DNA of 64,000 nt, from assembly GCF_044324875.1 (NCBI RefSeq), contig NZ_CP172185.1; one strand, 5' to 3'. The notes under the pieces are model-generated. The model saw nothing but the letters and a program-made list of their open reading frames with translations. It did no database searches and was not told the origin of the DNA. A program made the position numbers and the translations under genes. The stretch comes from Escherichia coli. GTDB taxonomy: Bacteria; Pseudomonadota; Gammaproteobacteria; Enterobacterales; Enterobacteriaceae. Shown one piece after another: positions 1-10,332 of the stretch (positions within the stretch are counted from its first letter, which is position 1; each line of letters starts with the position of its first letter).

Positions 1-645
1 AGCAGGTGCTTTGTGGCGCCGGAGCCCCCGAACTGAACACCACCATCCTTGATTCAGAATGGGCCATGCCTGTTGCTCTGGGCCCCGTCGGTGCCACTGG
101 CATGTACGCCCGTCGTGGAGAGGTGCAGGCAGCCAGAGCGGCCTCAGCAATGAACATCCCTTATACTCTCTCAACCGTCTCCGTCTGCCCGATCGAAGAG
201 GTCGCCGGACACGCTGACGGGCAACTGTGGTCCCAGTTATACGTCCTTCGGGATCGTGGTTATATGCAAAACGCACTTGAACGCGCCTGGACTGCAGGTA
301 TGAAAACCCTGGTATTTACCGTCGACATGCCTGTGCCGGGCTCCCGGTACAGGGATAACCATTCAGGGATGTCAGGTCCCCACGCCACACTGCGTCAGTA
401 TCTTCAGGCCGTTCTTCATCCCCGCTGGGCGCTGGATGTGGGAATTGCCGGTCGTCCTCTGTCATTTGGTAACATCGAAACGTACACCGGGCATAAAATG
501 TCGATGGATGACTATATGGGCTTTATCAGCAAAAACTTTGATCCCTCTATTGCATGGAACGATCTCGAATGGATCCGTGATGGCTGGAAAGGTAAACTGA
601 TAATAAAAGGGATCCTTGTTCCGGAAGATGCAAAAAATGCTGTAC
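1..645 (+). pseudogene. FMN-dependent L-lactate dehydrogenase (LldD family), 5' part; gene starts upstream of the window and is interrupted by IS629
   Basis: ORF 6..806 translation has the alpha-hydroxy-acid dehydrogenase pattern ([48 protein letters not shown]); after ..EDAKNAV (pos 645) the frame reads into the IS629 terminal repeat. Confidence 0.8.
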
Positions 646-687
646 TGAACCGCCCCGGGTTTCCTGGAGAGTGTTTTATCTGTGAAC

Positions 688-1578
688 TCAGGCTGCCAGA
701 TCATCGTTTCCGATGGAAGCATAATAAGATTTTTCTGCTTCTGCCGGTGGGATATGGCCCAGCCTTTCCAGCAATCGTCGATTGTTATACCAGTCCACCC
801 ACGTGAGTGTGGCCAGCTCCACTTCTGTCCGGTTTTTCCAGCTCTTACGGTGTATTACCTCCGCTTTGTAAAGGCCATTGATGCTCTCCGCCATCGCGTT
901 GTCATACGAGTCACCAGTACTTCCTGTTGATGCCAGTAATCCGGCTTCCTTAAGCCGCTGTGTGTAGGCCAGCGATACATACTGAGAACCTTTATCACTG
1001 TGATGGACTGTGCCGGACGGTCGACGGGCCCATAACGCCTGCTCCAGAGCATCCAGCACGAATGTCGTTTCCATAGACGATGAGACCCGCCACCCCACGA
1101 TGTATCCGGCAAACACATCAATGATGAACGCCACATAGACGACCCCCTCCCATGTGCTGACGTAAGTAAAATCAGCCACCCACAACTGGTCAGGACGTTC
1201 TGCCACAAACTGACGGTTTACGCGGTCGCCTGCGGCAACGGCTTTCCGGCTGACGGTAGTGCGGACCTTTTTACCCCGGAGAACACCGGCAAGTCCCATA
1301 ACCGCCATGAGGCGCGCCACTGTACATCTGGCTACCCTGATTCCTTCCCGTAACAACTGACGCCAGACTTTACGCACACCGTATACCTGATGATTCCCAT
1401 CGTATACGCGCAGTATCTCTTTCTTCAGCCAGTCATCGCGCTGCGCACGGGCACTGCGTTTATAAGGATGATGTCGCTGTTGCTGACAGTGGTAATACGT
1501 TGACGGGGCAATATGTAGTTCACTGCATACCGGTCCGACCCCGTACAGCTTACGCAGCTTATCCAGCAGTGGCATCAC
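688..1578 (-). CDS. IS629 transposase OrfB (DDE integrase domain)
   Basis: 296-aa ORF with IS3-family integrase core ([18 protein letters not shown]); 3 aa different from copies 2-4. Confidence 0.85.
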   Translation of the reverse strand: MMPLLDKLRKLYGVGPVCSELHIAPSTYYHCQQQRHHPYKRSARAQRDDWLKKEILRVYDGNHQVYGVRKVWRQLLREGIRVARCTVARLMAVMGLAGVLRGKKVRTTVSRKAVAAGDRVNRQFVAERPDQLWVADFTYVSTWEGVVYVAFIIDVFAGYIVGWRVSSSMETTFVLDALEQALWARRPSGTVHHSDKGSQYVSLAYTQRLKEAGLLASTGSTGDSYDNAMAESINGLYKAEVIHRKSWKNRTEVELATLTWVDWYNNRRLLERLGHIPPAEAEKSYYASIGNDDLAA

Positions 1579-1901
1579 TTTTTCCAGAGGCGGTCGAACT
1601 CCGCCTTCGCAAAATAAGCGGAAGCCTGGCGAAGGATATCGTTACTGCGGCGCAGTTCACGATTTTCACGTTCCAGCTCTTTCAGACGCTGACGTTCAGC
1701 GGTGGTGAGCCCGCCATCACCGCCTCCGGTATCCCGCTCATGCTGGCGTACCCAGACACGCAGAGTCTCCGGTGTACAGCCAATCTTTGGGGCAATGGAA
1801 CAAATTGCCGCCCACTGTGAGTCATATTCGCCCTGACTTTCCAGAACCATACGAATCGCCCTCTGACGGACTTCGGGGGAAAAACGAGTATTTTTAGTCA
1901 T
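1575..1901 (-). CDS. IS629 transposase OrfA (helix-turn-helix / leucine-zipper part)
   Basis: 108-aa [22 protein letters not shown]..., overlaps orfB start as in IS3-family frameshift arrangement. Confidence 0.85.
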   Translation of the reverse strand: MTKNTRFSPEVRQRAIRMVLESQGEYDSQWAAICSIAPKIGCTPETLRVWVRQHERDTGGGDGGLTTAERQRLKELERENRELRRSNDILRQASAYFAKAEFDRLWKK

Positions 1902-1955
1902 TCTGTTTACCTCTTTCTCAGGGAGTTTAGTCTCCAGGATTCCCGGGGCGGTTCA

Positions 1956-2336
1956 GTACGGCTTGGCGCGGATGGCATCATTGTCTCCAATCATGGCGGA
2001 CGTCAGCTTGATGGTGCCATCCCCACGGCCAGGGCATTACCGGCGATAGCAGATGCAGTGGGTGATGACATCACGGTACTGGCGGATTCAGGTATTCGTT
2101 CCGGTGTGGATGTGGTCCGGATGCTTGCTCTGGGGGCAAAAGGTGTGCTGCTGGGAAGAGCGTATATTTACGCACTTGCCGCTGCGGGAAAAAAAGGCGT
2201 TGAGCACCTGCTCAGACTTTATGCTGAAGATATGAAAGTCACCATGACGCTGATCGGCGCTTCTTCTCCCGCTGATATCAGCAGCAGAAATCTTGAATAT
2301 CTGGAAAAAGAATTCTCCCGACATTCATCATCCTGA
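1956..2336 (+). pseudogene. L-lactate dehydrogenase 3' part (resumes in frame after IS629)
   Basis: Translation from 1956 gives [20 protein letters not shown]...[19 protein letters not shown], the conserved C-terminal half of LldD-type enzymes; joins ..KNAV at 645 when IS and one GTAC copy are removed. Confidence 0.8.
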
Positions 2337-2412
2337 CCAAAGTAAACCAGGCACATATCCTCCATGCTCCCGGGACAACAGAGCGCAGTTCGGGCACTAC
2401 AGCCTTACTGGT

Positions 2413-2703
2413 TTACCAGTATGGTCTGCATTCAGAAGGGACCGACAACAACTCAGCCAGCTCCGCCACAAGGCGGTTGGTTTCCAGTAATTTCCGCAGA
2501 CTCACCGAAAAATAGCCTTGTGCCACATCGTGATTTTCACAGGCTTCCCTGCGCGTCAGCCCCAGAACAAAATAATCCCTCAGCGCCAGGATAACCTTTT
2601 TACTGTTAACGGGAGAAAGCGCTGCAAGTATTTCAAAATGTGCATCTGACATGCTTCCGGGCGTGTCATATATCCCGGCAACACGACTGTGATATATCCC
2701 CAC
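2413..2703 (-). CDS. PapB/FaeA-family small transcriptional regulator (fimbrial-operon regulator type)
   Basis: 96-aa ORF with GSMSDAHFEILAALSPVNSKKVILALRDY...REACENHDVAQGYFSVSLRKL, recalled PapB-family signature; long AT-rich region upstream (2704-3500). Confidence 0.55.
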   Translation of the reverse strand: MGIYHSRVAGIYDTPGSMSDAHFEILAALSPVNSKKVILALRDYFVLGLTRREACENHDVAQGYFSVSLRKLLETNRLVAELAELLSVPSECRPYW

Positions 2704-3268
2704 GGATACCCCCTGATTACCGCCTGCCCTTATTCCCCGGGAGACTGAGAACAGGCTGAGATATAAGTATATTTATATAATATTATATTTCGGATTATTC
2801 GCAGAATACTGAAAAAACCGGTCGGGTCAACCGCAGGAAAACAGAAAGAGCCTGTAATAACGCATAGAAACGATATTTAAAACCAGAACAACCATCAAAA
2901 ACAGAACATAAAGTCACAAAAACCGTCAAAAACGACCAGGTACTGCATTTTTAACACCTTTTTTAAATTTTGGTATCTTTACAAAAAACACCACCTGAAA
3001 ATCATTTATTTAATTAAATAAAGTAAATTGCTTAGCCTGATAAATATTGTTCTGCAACACTCCGGTTCAGGCAGAATGTATTTTCATGGCTTACCCATTC
3101 AGGCGTAAATGCGATATTCCGCACATGACAGAGACCACACAAAGAAAAACAGGCGCAGACAGCCGGATACAGGATAAATTAACACTTCACAATCCGGCAT
3201 TATTACGCTACAACATTCACGGGCAACTGCCCTTGTAACGAAAACTTCCTTAATTTGGGTATTTGTGT

Positions 3269-3298
3269 GCCGTACGTCTGTGGTGTACGGCTTTTTTT
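3269..3298 (+). terminator. Putative intrinsic terminator (GC stem GCCGTAC/GTACGGC followed by T7)
   Basis: gccgtac gtctgtggt gtacggc ttttttt read directly; the transcript it would end is not identified. Confidence 0.4.
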
Positions 3299-3584
3299 CA
3301 TTTTTTTATAATTTCTATAAATAAAGATATAATCAATACGTATATACCGTCGTATAAGATCCTTCTTCACCTTTCATTAAAAAGATCCGGAACAAAACAG
3401 ACGATGAGATTGTGGTACTACCAGATTTACACCCTTACTCCGGATAATTCACAAATCCTGAAATTACGACCTTCCTCCCGTTGCCGGACTGAAACAATAT
3501 GCAGACACTCTGACGGACATGTCAGCAATGCACTCGCTCTCTGCTGTACAGGTATTACACCATACTTCACCAGGAGGTCTGTTC

Positions 3585-5228
3585 ATGGATATCTGGTCAC
3601 AGGACTATGATCCCGTCGGAAATATCTGGCTGTCCAGCCTGACAGCATCGCTTCCCATTCTGTTTTTTTTCTTTGCCCTGATTAAGCTGAAGCTTAAAGG
3701 CCATGTTGCTGCCACATGGACTGTCATTATCGCGCTCATCGTGGCCCTTCTTTTTTATAAGATGCCTCTCACAGCCGCACTCGCTTCCGTGCTCTATGGT
3801 TTCTTCTATGGCCTGTGGCCCATTGCCTGGATAATTATTGCCGCAGTTTTTGTTTATAAAATTTCTGTAAAAACCGGACAGTTCGATATCATTCGCGCTT
3901 CAGTGCTGTCCGTTACGCCTGATCAGCGTATTCAGATGCTGATTGTGGGGTTTGCCTTTGGTGCCTTTCTCGAAGGGGCCGCCGGTTTTGGAGCACCTGT
4001 GGCCATAACAGCAGCACTGCTCGTGGTGCTTGGGTTCAGACCACTTTACGCGGCCGGGTTGTGTCTGATCGTCAATACAGCTCCCGTGGCCTTTGGTGCG
4101 ATGGGGATCCCCATTCTCGTCGCAGGCCAGGTTACCGGGCTGGACAGCTTTGAAATCGGTCAGATGGTTGGTCGTCAGTTACCCTTCCTGACCATTATTG
4201 TGTTGTTCTGGATCATGGCAATTATGGATGGCCTGCGTGGCATTAAGGAAACCTGGCCCGCCGTTCTGGTTGCCGGAGGTTCCTTCGCCATAGCCCAGTT
4301 TCTCAGTTCCAACTTTCTGGGCCCGGAGCTCCCGGACATCATATCATCACTGGTGTCGCTGGTTTGTCTGACGCTTTTCCTGAAACGCTGGCAGCCTGTA
4401 CATATTTTTCGCTTTGACAACACCCCGTACCAGAATACGGACTCATCACCACTGAGCCGTTCACAGGTGATACGGGCATGGTCGCCATTTCTGTTTCTGA
4501 CTGCCACGGTGACACTCTGGAGTCTTCCTCCCTTTAAAACACTGTTCGCACCGGGCGGTACACTGCATGACCTGGTGATTACTGTTCCTGTGCCGTATCT
4601 TGATAAACTCATTGCACGTATGCCTCCGGTAGTCAGCGAAGCCACTGCTTATGCCGCGGTGTTTAAGTTTGACTGGTTCTCTGCCACCGGTACCGCCATC
4701 CTGTTTGCAGCATTGCTCTCTGTGATCTGGCTGAAGATGAAACCGTCAGATGCTGTCAGCACCTTTGGCAGTACACTGAAAGAACTTGCCCTGCCCGTCT
4801 ATTCCATCGGCATGGTGCTGGCTTTCGCCTTTATCTCTAATTATTCGGGGCTTTCATCCACACTTGCCCTGGCTCTGGCACAGACAGGCAGCGCCTTTAC
4901 GTTCTTCTCACCGTTTCTGGGCTGGCTGGGCGTATTTCTGACGGGATCAGATACCTCATCCAATGCATTATTTGCATCACTCCAGGCAACGGCAGCTCAT
5001 CAGATCGGGGTCTCCGATATTCTGATGGTTGCCGCCAACACCACAGGGGGAGTAACCGGCAAAATGATTTCTCCACAGTCCATTGCCATCGCCTGCGCAG
5101 CAACCGGACTTGTTGGCAAAGAATCAGAACTCTTTCGTTTTACTGTTAAACACAGCCTGATCTTCACCTGTATTGTGGGAGTCATCACCTCTCTCCAGGC
5201 ATGGGTATTCACCTGGATGATCCCATGA
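3585..5228 (+). CDS. Lactate permease (LctP/LldP family)
   Basis: ORF 3519..5228; start placed at ATG 3585 preceded by AGGAGG; translation is close to E. coli LldP along its length (recalled, not aligned). Confidence 0.85.
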   Translation: MDIWSQDYDPVGNIWLSSLTASLPILFFFFALIKLKLKGHVAATWTVIIALIVALLFYKMPLTAALASVLYGFFYGLWPIAWIIIAAVFVYKISVKTGQFDIIRASVLSVTPDQRIQMLIVGFAFGAFLEGAAGFGAPVAITAALLVVLGFRPLYAAGLCLIVNTAPVAFGAMGIPILVAGQVTGLDSFEIGQMVGRQLPFLTIIVLFWIMAIMDGLRGIKETWPAVLVAGGSFAIAQFLSSNFLGPELPDIISSLVSLVCLTLFLKRWQPVHIFRFDNTPYQNTDSSPLSRSQVIRAWSPFLFLTATVTLWSLPPFKTLFAPGGTLHDLVITVPVPYLDKLIARMPPVVSEATAYAAVFKFDWFSATGTAILFAALLSVIWLKMKPSDAVSTFGSTLKELALPVYSIGMVLAFAFISNYSGLSSTLALALAQTGSAFTFFSPFLGWLGVFLTGSDTSSNALFASLQATAAHQIGVSDILMVAANTTGGVTGKMISPQSIAIACAATGLVGKESELFRFTVKHSLIFTCIVGVITSLQAWVFTWMIP

Positions 5229-5403
5229 AATATTTGTTGTGCCGGATCTTTTCCGGCATGATGATGTGTGTTACAGCCTCTGGCTTATAACACTCTGCAG
5301 TAGTGCTGGCTGACGTGACTGCCGGATATTCTGGTTTTCTTAAGTCACGGATATACTGACGACAGGGTTTCACATTCAATATTCAACTGACAGGTATGTT
5401 TAT

Positions 5404-6696
5404 ATGGCACACCGCTACCTGACACGACAGGATCACAGGACCTTATCTCTGGCTGCGCTCGGAGGCGCACTTGAATTCTATGACTTCATCATTTTTGTTT
5501 TTTTCGCCGCCGTCATTGCTGAGCTCTTTTTCCCGCCGGATATACCGGAATGGCTCCGTCAGCTCCAGGCATTTGGTATATTTGCTGCCGGGTACCTGGC
5601 ACGACCTCTCGGCGGAATAATTCTGGCCCATTTTGGCGATATACTTGGGCGAAAGAAAATGTTCACCCTGAGTATTTTGCTTATGGCAGTACCGACACTT
5701 GTTATCGGTATTTTGCCAACCTACAGCTCTGTGGGTACCCTGGCTCCTGTGCTGCTTCTTCTGATGCGTCTGCTTCAGGGCGCAGCGATTGGCGGTGAAG
5801 TGCCCGGTGCCTGGGTTTTTGTTGCTGAGCATGTACCGGAGCGCCGAACCGGTATTGCATGCGGAACACTGACAGCAGGTTTAACCGCCGGGATCCTGCT
5901 TGGTTCAGTGGTTGCCACACTTGTCAATTCAGTATTGTCTCAGGATATTGTTTACGATTACGGCTGGCGATTCCCCTTCCTTCTTGGTGGTGTTTTTGGC
6001 CTGGCAGCAATGTACCTGCGCCGCTGGCTGGAGGAAACTCCGGTATTTCTGGAAATGAAAGCCAGAAAAAAACTGGCTCAGGAATTACCGGTAAAAGCTG
6101 TCGTTTTAAGACATAAAAAAGCTGTTGTGATTTCCATGCTGTTGACATGGCTGATATCCGCAGGGATTATTGTGGTGATACTGATGGCACCGGTCTGGTT
6201 ACAGAAACAGTATGACTTTTCGCCGACAGTCACCTTACAGGCTAACAGCATTGCAACTATTATGCTGAGTCTGGGATGCCTGCTGGCCGGTATGGCCATT
6301 GATTCTTTTGGTGCCGGAAAAACCTTTATATCAGGCAGTATTCTGCTTGGATGTTCAGGATGGCTGTTCTATCACACTGTCGGTGAGTATCCTGAAATGT
6401 TGTTCTGGCTGTATGGGCTGGCGGGATTCAGTGTGGGCATTGTCGGGGCCGTCCCTTATGTTCTCGTGCGTATTTTCCCCGCAGAGGTCAGGTTTACCGG
6501 CATTTCATTCTCTTACAATGTCGCTTATGCAGTGGTGGGGGGACTGACTCCTGTTGTGGTCACGATGTTAACGGAAATCTCCCCGATGGCTCCAGCATGG
6601 TATGTTATGCTGTTATCACTTGTGGGATCAGGACTGGGAATATGGTTCTGCAGGGATCCCCGTCTTTTTATCTGTCACGCAGACAAAGACAAATAA
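5404..6696 (+). CDS. MFS transporter, probably metabolite:H+ symporter family
   Basis: 430-aa hydrophobic ORF with GGALEFYDFIIFVFFA, GDILGRKK, FSYNVAYAVVGGLTP. Confidence 0.7.
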   Translation: MAHRYLTRQDHRTLSLAALGGALEFYDFIIFVFFAAVIAELFFPPDIPEWLRQLQAFGIFAAGYLARPLGGIILAHFGDILGRKKMFTLSILLMAVPTLVIGILPTYSSVGTLAPVLLLLMRLLQGAAIGGEVPGAWVFVAEHVPERRTGIACGTLTAGLTAGILLGSVVATLVNSVLSQDIVYDYGWRFPFLLGGVFGLAAMYLRRWLEETPVFLEMKARKKLAQELPVKAVVLRHKKAVVISMLLTWLISAGIIVVILMAPVWLQKQYDFSPTVTLQANSIATIMLSLGCLLAGMAIDSFGAGKTFISGSILLGCSGWLFYHTVGEYPEMLFWLYGLAGFSVGIVGAVPYVLVRIFPAEVRFTGISFSYNVAYAVVGGLTPVVVTMLTEISPMAPAWYVMLLSLVGSGLGIWFCRDPRLFICHADKDK

Positions 6697-7005
6697 TGTT
6701 TCACCGTTATATAACGGTATCATTCAGTTTTTAAAAATGGCGACAGGTTAACCTGTCGCCATCCGGTCAGATGCTCACCAGACCGCGCCCCCCATCAGTC
6801 TCCATATCCTCCCCCTTGCCCTGCCGGATGATAGCGCCACGCGACATCACCAGGTAGTGGTCCGCCGTCATGTTCCGGTGAAATCGTCCTGACACGTTTC
6901 CGGGCTCGTTATCAGCGGTTTTTGCGAATGATCGCCGCCCTGCGATGGTTGATTTATTTTATTGCGCCCCGGCGTCTGCCTTGCCAGGTACCGGAGGCGG
7001 GCTCT

Positions 7006-7104
7006 GAAGTACTGAGTAGGGTGAGCGCGTCAGGCCACGAAGTACTGACACGGGAGTTTGTGGCAGGCAGTGAAGTCCTGACCAGGGTAAGGGAGGGGCT
7101 GACG
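7006..7104. repeat. Three tandem 33-bp units each beginning GAAGT(A/C)CTGA
   Basis: Units start at 7006, 7039 and 7072 (exact 33-bp period), conserved 10-bp head, variable body. Confidence 0.5.
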
Positions 7105-7319
7105 TGCATGCCCTGACTGTCAGCCAGGGCGCGTGGTGACTGACTTTCTCAATAACCCGCTGTCAGGCGCTCAACGCCCGACAGCAGGCCATGGCCCGGT
7201 GTGCAAAGACCTGACGGCAGGCCTTGTGTCACCCGGATAAGGTAAATCCCTCAAGAGGCAGCAACTCAGCCAGTCGGTCCTCAGGCCACTCCGGCAGGCG
7301 CGTCAGTACGTCCGTCAGC

Positions 7320-7488
7320 CAGGCATGTTGCAAAATCGCATCGTGTTCGATCGCCGATTCGCATCGTACTCGATCGCTGATTCGCATTGTCCGATCATTG
7401 ATTCGCATCCTGCAGTCACTCCTGGAATTAACTTTTCTGCATAGTCTCTACTGCTGAATTTTCTTCTCAGTAGAGGTCTTGATGGCTG
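7320..7488 (+). mobile_element. IS21-family left-end stub (multiple TTCGCAT...GATCG terminal repeats), truncated by the IS66-family element
   Basis: Repeat series and ...CCGATCATTGATTCGCATCCTGCAGTCACTCCTGGAATTAAC closely parallel the left end of the IS21-family element at 48620-48780. Confidence 0.45.
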
Positions 7489-7517
7489 TAAGCGTCAACG
7501 GAGCACCGTATTGACGC

Positions 7518-9131
7518 TTATTTATTGGTGAGTACTACGTTCCATGGCAGGAGTTCGTCAACTCGGTTGGAAGGCCATTCCGGCAGTACGCTCAGGATAT
7601 GGCGCAGATACGCTTCCGGATCGATACCGTTCAGACGGCAGGTGCCGATCAGCCCGTACAACAGTGCTCCACGCTCGCTGCCGTGATCGCTGCCAAAGAA
7701 CATAAAGTTTTTCTTTCCGAGACAGACTGCACGAAGCGCTCTTTCCGCAGCATTATTATCCGCCTCCGCCAGACCGTCATCACTGTAATAACAGAGGGCA
7801 TCCCACTGATTCAGTACATAGCTGAACGCTTCGCCCAGTCTGGATTTTTTCGACAGCGTACCATTCTTCTCCACCATCCATTCATGCAGCGACGTCAGTA
7901 ACACTTTGCTTCGCTGCTGCCTGACGGCAAGACGCTCTGACTCCGGTAATCCCCGTATTTCATCCTCGATGGCGTACAGTTCACTGATTCGCTTCAGGGC
8001 TTCTTCTGCCGTCGCACTTTTGCTGCTGATGTATACATCGTGGATTTTTCGCCGGGCATGGGCCCAGCACGCAACTTCTGTCAGTGCACCACCTTCACGT
8101 TCTGCACTGAACAACCTGTCGTAACCTGTGAACGCATCCGCCTGCAGGATACCCCGGAAGGGGCGGAGGTGTTGCTCCGGGTGTTTCCCCTGCCGGTTCG
8201 GCGAGTACGCGAACCAGACCGCTGGAGGAGATGACGAACCCACATTGCGATCATCCCGGACATACGTCCAGATACGCCCTGTTTTCGCCTTTTTCTGACC
8301 CGGTGCCAGTACCTTTACCGGTGTGTCATCAGTGTGAACCTTGCGGGTGTTCATTACATAACGGTACAGGGCATCATTCACCGGTGTCATTAACTGGCAG
8401 CACGCGTCAACCCAGTTGGAGAGTAAGGCCCGGCTCAGTTCGACACCCTGGCGGGCAAAGATTTCACTCTGACGATACAGTGGCAGGTGTTCGCAGTATT
8501 TTCCCGTTAACACGCGGGCAAGTAACCCCGGGCCCGCGATACCACGCTCTATCGGACGGGATGGTGCCGGTGCTTCAACGATACAGTCACATTTTGTACA
8601 GGCTTTTTTTACCCGTTCTGTGCGGATCACTTTCAGGGCGCTGCTCACCAGTTCCAGTTGTTCTGCACTGACTTCCCCCAGATAATCCAGCTCACCGCCA
8701 CACTCCGGGCAACAGCTTTCTTCAGGCTCCAGGCGGTTTATTTCGCGGGGCAGATGCTCCGGTAACGGACGACGATGGCGTGACTGTCGCAACTGGCGGG
8801 GAACCTGCCGGTCATCCTCTCGCCCACTGTAACGATCGCTGTCCTGTTCGCGTTGCTTCAGCAGGGCCTCAGCCTGTTCAACTTCACGACGCAGTTTTTC
8901 AGAACGGGTACCGAACAGCATCCGGCGCAGTTTTTCTATCTGAGCCCGCAGATGTTCTATTTCCCGTTCATCTTCTTCGATCTTTTCTTCGGCACGTGCC
9001 AGCGCAGAACGCAGGAAGGCCTCCGTCTCTTCAACCAGACTCAGTTGTTGGTCTTTCTGACGGAGGGCTTCAGCCTGCTCAGAGAGCAACCTTTCCAGCT
9101 CTGCGATGCGAATGAGGTATTTCTGACTCAT
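7518..9131 (-). CDS. IS66-family transposase TnpC
   Basis: 537-aa ORF with N-terminal coiled coil, CxxC..CxxC zinc motif (CCPECGGE...CTKCDC) and IS66 catalytic region. Confidence 0.85.
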   Translation of the reverse strand: MSQKYLIRIAELERLLSEQAEALRQKDQQLSLVEETEAFLRSALARAEEKIEEDEREIEHLRAQIEKLRRMLFGTRSEKLRREVEQAEALLKQREQDSDRYSGREDDRQVPRQLRQSRHRRPLPEHLPREINRLEPEESCCPECGGELDYLGEVSAEQLELVSSALKVIRTERVKKACTKCDCIVEAPAPSRPIERGIAGPGLLARVLTGKYCEHLPLYRQSEIFARQGVELSRALLSNWVDACCQLMTPVNDALYRYVMNTRKVHTDDTPVKVLAPGQKKAKTGRIWTYVRDDRNVGSSSPPAVWFAYSPNRQGKHPEQHLRPFRGILQADAFTGYDRLFSAEREGGALTEVACWAHARRKIHDVYISSKSATAEEALKRISELYAIEDEIRGLPESERLAVRQQRSKVLLTSLHEWMVEKNGTLSKKSRLGEAFSYVLNQWDALCYYSDDGLAEADNNAAERALRAVCLGKKNFMFFGSDHGSERGALLYGLIGTCRLNGIDPEAYLRHILSVLPEWPSNRVDELLPWNVVLTNK

Positions 9132-9161
9132 GACCGTTTTTATAATGCGGTCAGGCGTTTT

Positions 9162-9512
9162 TTACAACATTGTCAGTGAGTTAAGGCGGGATGTTTTTGG
9201 CTGACGCCAGTCCAGCTTATCGAGGAGCATTACCAGTTGCGAACGGGTAATGGATACCTTGCCGTCACGTACCGCAGGCCAGATAAACTGGCCTTCCTCC
9301 AGGCGTTTGGTGAACAGGCACAGACCATCAGCATCAGCCCAAAGAATTTTAACGGTGTCACCCCGTCGGCCACGGAAGATAAACAGGTGGCCGGAGAAGG
9401 GATTATCATTCAGCACATGTTGTACCTGTTCTCCCAGTCCGTTGAAGGATTTACGCATATCGGTAACGCCGGCAACGAGCCAGATACGGGTACCTGATGG
9501 GAGTGAAATCAT
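9162..9512 (-). CDS. IS66-family TnpB
   Basis: 116-aa ORF MISLPSGTRIWLVAGVTDMRKSFNGL... Confidence 0.85.
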   Translation of the reverse strand: MISLPSGTRIWLVAGVTDMRKSFNGLGEQVQHVLNDNPFSGHLFIFRGRRGDTVKILWADADGLCLFTKRLEEGQFIWPAVRDGKVSITRSQLVMLLDKLDWRQPKTSRLNSLTML

Positions 9513-9934
9513 CTTCCCCTCCCGCTCAGTTCGCGGATCAACACCGTGAGCAGCTCTGGCGATGGATTTTCCAGCGTCATGTTACCGTGATGGAACTCCA
9601 CCTTGCAGGAACTGGCACTGACTCTGGTCTGAGTGGAAGTGGATAAAGACGGCGCAATGGCCGCCACAGGTTCTTTCTGCTCATCCGGCGTTATTTCTAC
9701 AGGTAATAATTCAACGCCAGTGTCAGAAGAGGTCGTTACCGGAAGACGCCGCGAAACACGCCCTTCGTTCTGCCAGAGCCTGAGCCATTTGAAAATAACA
9801 TTATCATTGACGCCATTTTCACGTGCAATCTGTGCAACACAAGCTCCAGGTTGTGATGCCAGTTCAACCATACGAAGTTTGAATTCATTCGAATAGTTTT
9901 TACGAGGTTCTTTTCGCCAGTCCTGTAATTCCAT
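9509..9934 (-). CDS. IS66-family TnpA
   Basis: 141-aa ORF with helix-turn-helix region (NYSNEFKLRMVELASQPGACVAQIARENGV). Confidence 0.8.
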   Translation of the reverse strand: MELQDWRKEPRKNYSNEFKLRMVELASQPGACVAQIARENGVNDNVIFKWLRLWQNEGRVSRRLPVTTSSDTGVELLPVEITPDEQKEPVAAIAPSLSTSTQTRVSASSCKVEFHHGNMTLENPSPELLTVLIRELSGRGR

Positions 9935-10014
9935 ACTTAGATGTCCGTCTATATCAGATGGGCGTCTAAGTTACCAATTTTCGTCTGATGGCTACATACG
10001 GCGGTCAGTTTACG

Positions 10015-10290
10015 CTTACCATTGAGGCAATTGAAAAACCACTTTCTTCCCTGCCTTACTCACTTTCCCGTCACATCCTGGAACATCTGCGTAAACTCAC
10101 CAGTCACGAACCCGTGATTGGCATTATGGGGAAAAGCGGGGCCGGTAAATCCTCACTCTGTAATGCACTGTTTCAGGGGGAGGTCACCCCGGTCAGTGAT
10201 GTTCACGCCGGCACCCGGGAAGTGCGGCGCTTCCGTCTGAGTGGCCACGGTCACAGCATGATTATCACTGACCTGCCCGGGGTGGGCGAG
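10015..10290 (+). pseudogene. GTP-binding protein fragment (YeeP/YfjP/YkfA-like prophage GTPase), truncated at both ends by IS elements
   Basis: ORF 9988..10293 carries a P-loop (GKSGAGKSSLCNALF) and DLPGVGE; the ATG at 9988 lies inside the IS66 terminal repeat; 3' end cut by IS629 at 10291. Confidence 0.65.
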
Positions 10291-10332
10291 TGAACCGCCC
10301 CGGGTTTCCTGGAGAGTGTTTTATCTGTGAAC

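Larger units (their letters stand above)
646..1955 (-). mobile_element. IS629 (IS3 family), complete 1310-bp copy 1, flanked by a 4-bp direct repeat GTAC
   Basis: Ends TGAACCGCCCCGGG...CCCGGGGCGGTTCA; orfA/orfB pair inside; GTAC at 642-645 and 1956-1959. Confidence 0.85.
7489..10014 (-). mobile_element. IS66-family insertion sequence (ISEc8/IS66-like), tnpA-tnpB-tnpC, no flanking direct repeat
   Basis: Terminal repeats GTAAGCGTCAACGG... (7489) and GTAAGCGTAAACTG... (reverse complement at 10014); three ORFs in IS66 order. Confidence 0.8.

Noticed and set aside
6-806. The 266-aa ORF looks like one intact gene
   Set aside because: Its last 50 codons are read-through into the IS629 terminal repeat; the real gene is split at 645/1956.
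855-1820. Antisense ORFs inside IS629 copies (for example 855..1208, 1500..1820 and equivalents in other copies)
   Set aside because: They recur identically in every IS629 copy on the strand opposite orfA/orfB and have no recognisable features; treated as artefacts.
6776-6900. Minus-strand frame resembling a protein C-terminus (..HYLVMSRGAIIRQGKGEDMETDGGRGLVSI)
   Set aside because: Too short and no start or upstream part; cannot be supported as a gene remnant from sequence alone.
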